Virus record (IMG/VR): IMGVR_UViG_3300044625_001067
Span: 62,001 to 126,000 of that record
DNA: 64,000 bases
Strand: one strand, 5' to 3'
Shown here: piece after piece, positions 60,397 to 64,000 of the stretch
Layout of the letters: the number at the start of each line of letters is the position of its first letter
Position numbering within the stretch: position 1 is the first letter of the stretch
Program-made: the position numbers and the translations under genes
Notes under the pieces: generated by a model
The model's input: only the letters and a program-made list of their open reading frames with translations
The model's database searches: none
What the model was told of the DNA's origin: nothing

Positions 60397-60461
60397 ATCA
60401 TACCGTTTCTGCAGAGCGAAAACAAGCGGGGAAACCGTCCCAGATGAAACGGTTTACCGCC
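60397..60461 (-). promoter_or_regulatory. Repeated early promoter element (two boxes)
   Basis: TTGTTT-17-TATGAT. Confidence 0.8.
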
Positions 60462-60845
60462 CTCTCACCCCCGAAGCTACTCAGGAAGCAACCGCAACGG
60501 TAGGAACTAAGGAAGTGTCCCGACCCGCTTGAGCCTTCATTGCAGAGCGAGCACGAAGCATCGCCTGAGCCTGCAGAGCTGCGTCGTTGACGGTTAGCTG
60601 CAGGGCGGAATGGCGACTGGTGTAGGAGCCGTATGAGCGCCCGTACTTGCGGTTCCACTCATCTTGGCGTTCTTGCGGCCAGACGTAAGAGAACACAGGA
60701 AGCTCTTCAATGCTTCTTTGAGACTCTTTAATTTCCATTTTACGAGTGCGCTGACGCTCGCTGAGCTGAGCGTAGGTAGCTTGCCATTCGGCAACTTCAC
60801 GCAGGTATGTGTCGCGGTCTTGCATTGTTTTGTAAGGTTGGTTAA

Positions 60846-60918
60846 CACCGGCAGAGGGATTTGAACCCCCGACATCAAGCTTAGAAGGCTCGCGTTCTGT
60901 CCGCTGAACTATGCCGGT
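60846..60918 (-). tRNA. tRNA-Arg(TCT)
   Basis: Cloverleaf; anticodon arm CGAGC-CTTCTAA-GCTTG. Confidence 0.9.
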
Positions 60919-61275
60919 TTGCTCGAGGTGGGTTACACGGTGTCCCCCACCTGATTGGTTCTAACTTAGCGCATTATGCACCGGGGTACTCTTCAAGGTA
61001 GCCCTTGTACCAGTCCTGGGCAGCCCCTGAAATAACCCCTCAACCATATTCTTTAGGATCCAGAGCTGGCGTTCAGGAAACGCTGTCATTTTCAGATGAG
61101 TGTATCTGAGTGAGCCCCAGCTCCTCAGGAACTTGGGGTTTTGCTCTGGGAACAAAGTCAGGAGCAAGGAGTCCACCAGGGGGCGTTTCTCGAACCCGCG
61201 AGTCATGCTCGAAAGAGTTTCTTCGATGGCGGTGAGCTGGGTGGGGCTGAGGCTGAGGTTGTTTTCCATGAACTA

Positions 61276-61342
61276 ACTATACCGCTTTTGCCCCGTAGAA
61301 ACAAGGGGGTAAACCGCCCTCGAATAGGAGGGTAAACCGCCC
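61276..61342 (-). promoter_or_regulatory. Repeated early promoter element (two boxes)
   Basis: Two GGGCGGTTTACC boxes, TTGTTT-17-TATAGT, ATG 6 nt after the -10. Confidence 0.8.
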
Positions 61343-61810
61343 TAGTTCAGTCGTTGCCAGTGGGGAGAGTGGTAGGGGACCTCGGAGAGCCGGGTGCCTC
61401 TTAGGTGAAAGCAGAGCCAAAGAGAACCGCCATCATCCACTGCAAGAATGTACGGGTCGTACCCTAAGTGTGAATTACCGGGAACAAGCTCGTAACTAAC
61501 GATACTATCTGGTGCTAGGGGACGTGGGATAGTATGGATTTCTGGAGTATGAGGGTTGTCAAAGTCCATAGTGACCTGGGGCAGGTGTACGGCGCAGTAT
61601 AGCCTATTCAAGGGTCCGTAAAGCCCTTGCTAGACGTCGTCGAGTGCGAGATATCTGTCTTTTTATGTAGGGTAGAGACCGCAGGTGGCTCTTCCACCTA
61701 CGCTTTCCTCGCTGCCATAGTAGGATTGACTCCTGTTTTGACTCAGGTTTTGCCATGCTTCTTTAGGGTGTCAGGATGCTGGTAGGTTTTGTAGGCGTGC
61801 AAGCCTATTC

Positions 61811-62608
61811 TCAGCCAAGGTGATCCTTTGGGGTTCCCCTTGAGGGAAGTTCCCCGAATAGAACAACGTACCAGTCTCTCAAACTTCCAGGGTTCTCGGA
61901 GAAGGAATGCGGTGGTTCAACGCCACCACCTTTGCGAACCTGGCCGACCAGTTGTCCATCCCCCTTGTCTACAAAGCCTATGCGCTCGTATGCTTTCTTG
62001 CGTTTGTCTCCTCTGCCGTCCTCGTCGTAGGCGTAACAATGAATGACATCACCGGGGCTAAGAGACTGCGTGAGGAGCCCAAACATACGTCTTACGGTGA
62101 GTGCCGCTTTGACTTTGTCGCGAGGGTCTTCTATACTACCGTAGTCGTACTCGCCATTTACAAGAAAATCAACTTCCTTCGTGTTCCCCTTGAACTTTAG
62201 GGAAACTTCGTCAAAGTCGTTCAGTCTTCTCTTTAAGGATACAAAAGTCTGGTTCGACACGACAACTGTGGACCCATCGTCTAAGTTTCGTATGTTGTTG
62301 GCCTTGTCACGATTTAGGTTAAACCTCTTGATAGCAATATCTCGTCTTTCGGGCTCATCAACTAGCTTTTCATTAATCTGTTTGGTCCACCAGCGATCTT
62401 CGTACTCTTGTTCCTGTTTCTCCTCGTCGGACCTCTTCACCGCCCTGCGCAGGATTTCCTTCGCCTGCTCTACACCTTTACGGCACTTTCCCGATGTCCC
62501 GTACGCAGTACCGTCCTTCCTAACGCAACGTGCGAAGTCGAGCGTGTAACCCTCAGGCAAAAGTTGCGAGAGTTTTTGAAAACTTTCGTGAGAAAAAGAA
62601 CTTTGCAC
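61811..62608 (-). CDS. Tag-fused protein with possible GNAT-like C-terminus
   Basis: N-terminal RCVRKDGTAYGTSGKCRKG tag; C-terminal R.KAYERIGF. Confidence 0.7.
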   Translation of the reverse strand: MQSSFSHESFQKLSQLLPEGYTLDFARCVRKDGTAYGTSGKCRKGVEQAKEILRRAVKRSDEEKQEQEYEDRWWTKQINEKLVDEPERRDIAIKRFNLNRDKANNIRNLDDGSTVVVSNQTFVSLKRRLNDFDEVSLKFKGNTKEVDFLVNGEYDYGSIEDPRDKVKAALTVRRMFGLLTQSLSPGDVIHCYAYDEDGRGDKRKKAYERIGFVDKGDGQLVGQVRKGGGVEPPHSFSENPGSLRDWYVVLFGELPSRGTPKDHLG

Positions 62609-62660
62609 TTGAAGATGGCACTCTTACAAATTTACCCTCTTACCTGGAAATCATCCGTAA

Positions 62661-62732
62661 AAGCTGTAGCAGGAATCGAACCTGCGACCCACTCCGTATG
62701 AAAGAGCTGTTCTACCGCTGAACTATACAGCC
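62661..62732 (-). tRNA. tRNA with CAT anticodon (Met or lysidine-Ile), atypical
   Basis: Cloverleaf; arm GCTCT-TTCATAC-GGAGT; G1.U72 pair and U73 discriminator. Confidence 0.8.
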
Positions 62733-62978
62733 TTGTTCCCGCCGTGTGGCGGGGTTTTGAACCAAGGTTTATTGTACCCTCAGCTAAGATTCGTAAACGC
62801 ACTGAGCTGCTTCAGGAGCCAAATAGAGTGAACAATTCCGCTCACGAACGCAACGCCAATGAGACCACTTACCCAACCGACTCTGCGTTCGTGCCGCATT
62901 ATTTTTTCATCAGCAATCTCGCTGGCGATACGGGTTATTTCTGCCAGGGTGGGCGGGTCGAGGAGTGTCATTGTTTGC

Positions 62979-63251
62979 TCAACATTTCATCCTGGTGGTC
63001 GATGTACGATGTTCTCCGTGCGCCGTAGGGTGTCCCGACTCTGGACACGTGGATTCACTCTGTGGCAACCCTGAGTGAAGCCTATTTAGGGCTTCTTGTT
63101 CTTTCGGGCCACCAAAGGAAGGGTCAATCTCGTGGTGGAAAACCATGCTCAAGTGGTTTCGAATCATTTGAACTCGCGTCGGTGTGAGTGTGACCGGTTC
63201 GGCAAGCTCGAAGAACCCTTGAAGCCAGTAGCAAAAGTCGCGTGATTTCAT
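62979..63251 (-). CDS. Conserved hypothetical protein (F.YWLQG family)
   Basis: MKSRDFCYWLQGFFE...IRNHLSMVF; tandem paralog at 63291..63503. Confidence 0.75.
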   Translation of the reverse strand: MKSRDFCYWLQGFFELAEPVTLTPTRVQMIRNHLSMVFHHEIDPSFGGPKEQEALNRLHSGLPQSESTCPESGHPTAHGEHRTSTTRMKC

Positions 63252-63290
63252 TTTGGTTTAGTACTGCAATAAGTTGTGTGAAGGTTCAAG

Positions 63291-63503
63291 TCAGCAGCGG
63301 TAAATTTCACCGTTCGGGCCGGTGCCGCCAGGACTCCACGGGGTCGTACCCGTGAGTGTCTCTGTGACGGGGGTATTGGCCGTGTCAGACTTCACCTTGT
63401 TCAGGTTACTCTTAATGAGACTCACTTGGGCCTCGTTCAGTTCTACACCTGTTACCCCAAGGATAAACCCTTGGAGCCATGTTGAAAATTCGTCTTTGTT
63501 CAT
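63291..63503 (-). CDS. Conserved hypothetical protein, paralog of 62979..63251
   Basis: MNKDEFSTWLQGF...QVSLIKSNL.KV; terminal Cys. Confidence 0.7.
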   Translation of the reverse strand: MNKDEFSTWLQGFILGVTGVELNEAQVSLIKSNLNKVKSDTANTPVTETLTGTTPWSPGGTGPNGEIYRC

Positions 63504-63534
63504 TTTGTATGAAGATGTGAGTGAAGTGAAGAAG

Positions 63535-63915
63535 TTAGATTGAAGTGAGCCACCTCTCCCTCTCGTCGGACCTGAGAATGACTTGTTCGCCATCTTTGAC
63601 AGCTTCCTTTGCAATTTTGTAGAGGCCAATGGCGCGACGAAACACTTCAGCCGCATTCAGTCCAGTAATTTCCTGAATCTCGTGAAACTCTTGTGCGAGT
63701 TCGTCGCTCATTCTTACCTCAAAGTGGTTGCATGGAGTTGTAGGGCTGAGCAAAGATTCTTGGTCATACAGGGGCCACTCCTCCTTTTCTATATTGTCTT
63801 CTTCGGTGCGAACAACATCTTGGACAACTGAGAGAAGAATCTTGTGTCCGTCCAAGTCAGTGTTCTGGCTACCCTCGTGTCCCCCCGGAGTCCACAGCTT
63901 TCGGGTCTTGTCCAT
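63535..63915 (-). CDS. Ribbon-helix-helix (CopG-like) regulator
   Basis: FEVRMSDELAQEFHEIQEITGLNAAEVFRRAIGLY. Confidence 0.7.
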   Translation of the reverse strand: MDKTRKLWTPGGHEGSQNTDLDGHKILLSVVQDVVRTEEDNIEKEEWPLYDQESLLSPTTPCNHFEVRMSDELAQEFHEIQEITGLNAAEVFRRAIGLYKIAKEAVKDGEQVILRSDERERWLTSI

Positions 63916-64000
63916 GAAAGTATCAAGGATAATCCCCTTTAGGCAGTCTGAGAGAAACTCTTTCAGGTTGCACAGTCTTTCTTCCTGGCTAAGGCTCTCT

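Noticed and set aside
60846-60918. Amber suppressor tRNA (CTA seen in the anticodon loop)
   Set aside because: With the 5-bp stem CGAGC/GCTTG the 7-nt loop is CT-TCT-AA, so the anticodon is TCT (Arg).
2977-61342. Repeats as a CRISPR array or integron attC sites
   Set aside because: Copies are degenerate and irregularly spaced by whole genes, show fixed -35/17/-10 geometry, lack consistent attC RYYYAAC/GTTRRRY ends, and there is no cas or integrase gene in the window.
369-63831. Numerous plus-strand ORFs in the ORF track
   Set aside because: Apart from 8846..9979 they are antisense shadows of well-supported minus-strand genes and lack recognisable motifs.

Overview
This window looks like the early/accessory region of a large lytic phage, most likely a jumbo cyanophage of a picocyanobacterium. 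The host inference rests on a permuted two-piece tmRNA with a cyanobacterial-type tag, a short cyanobacterial-type EF-Ts, a SwmB-like domain, and RlpA/muramidase genes. About 120 mostly small genes lie on the minus strand; the only convincing plus-strand gene is a GIY-YIG-like homing endonuclease. The region is cut into cassettes by about 32 copies of one composite sigma70-type promoter element: GGCGGTT boxes, then TTGYYT-17 bp-TATART, often with a covarying hairpin inside the spacer. Recognisable functions: RNA repair (two RNA ligases, phosphoesterases, a TROVE/vWA-like protein); NAD/ADP-ribose metabolism (a Prs-like plus Nampt-like pair matching NARP1, a macrodomain, an ADP-ribosylglycohydrolase, two ART-fold proteins); translation support (tmRNA, EF-Ts, Pth2-like protein, 4 tRNAs); a cell-envelope module; a radical SAM gene paired with an FETNSSS protein; and a vanadium haloperoxidase. 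The best candidate new system is three genes sharing a ~29-aa two-cysteine N-terminal tag (D[FY]xRCVxxDGxxYGTxGxCRKG) fused to different enzymatic C-termini, each preceded by GGGTAA, i.e. a putative polymorphic, virion-delivered effector family. Seven genes carry internal stops or frameshifts. All family calls are by-eye motif recognition; no database search was run.
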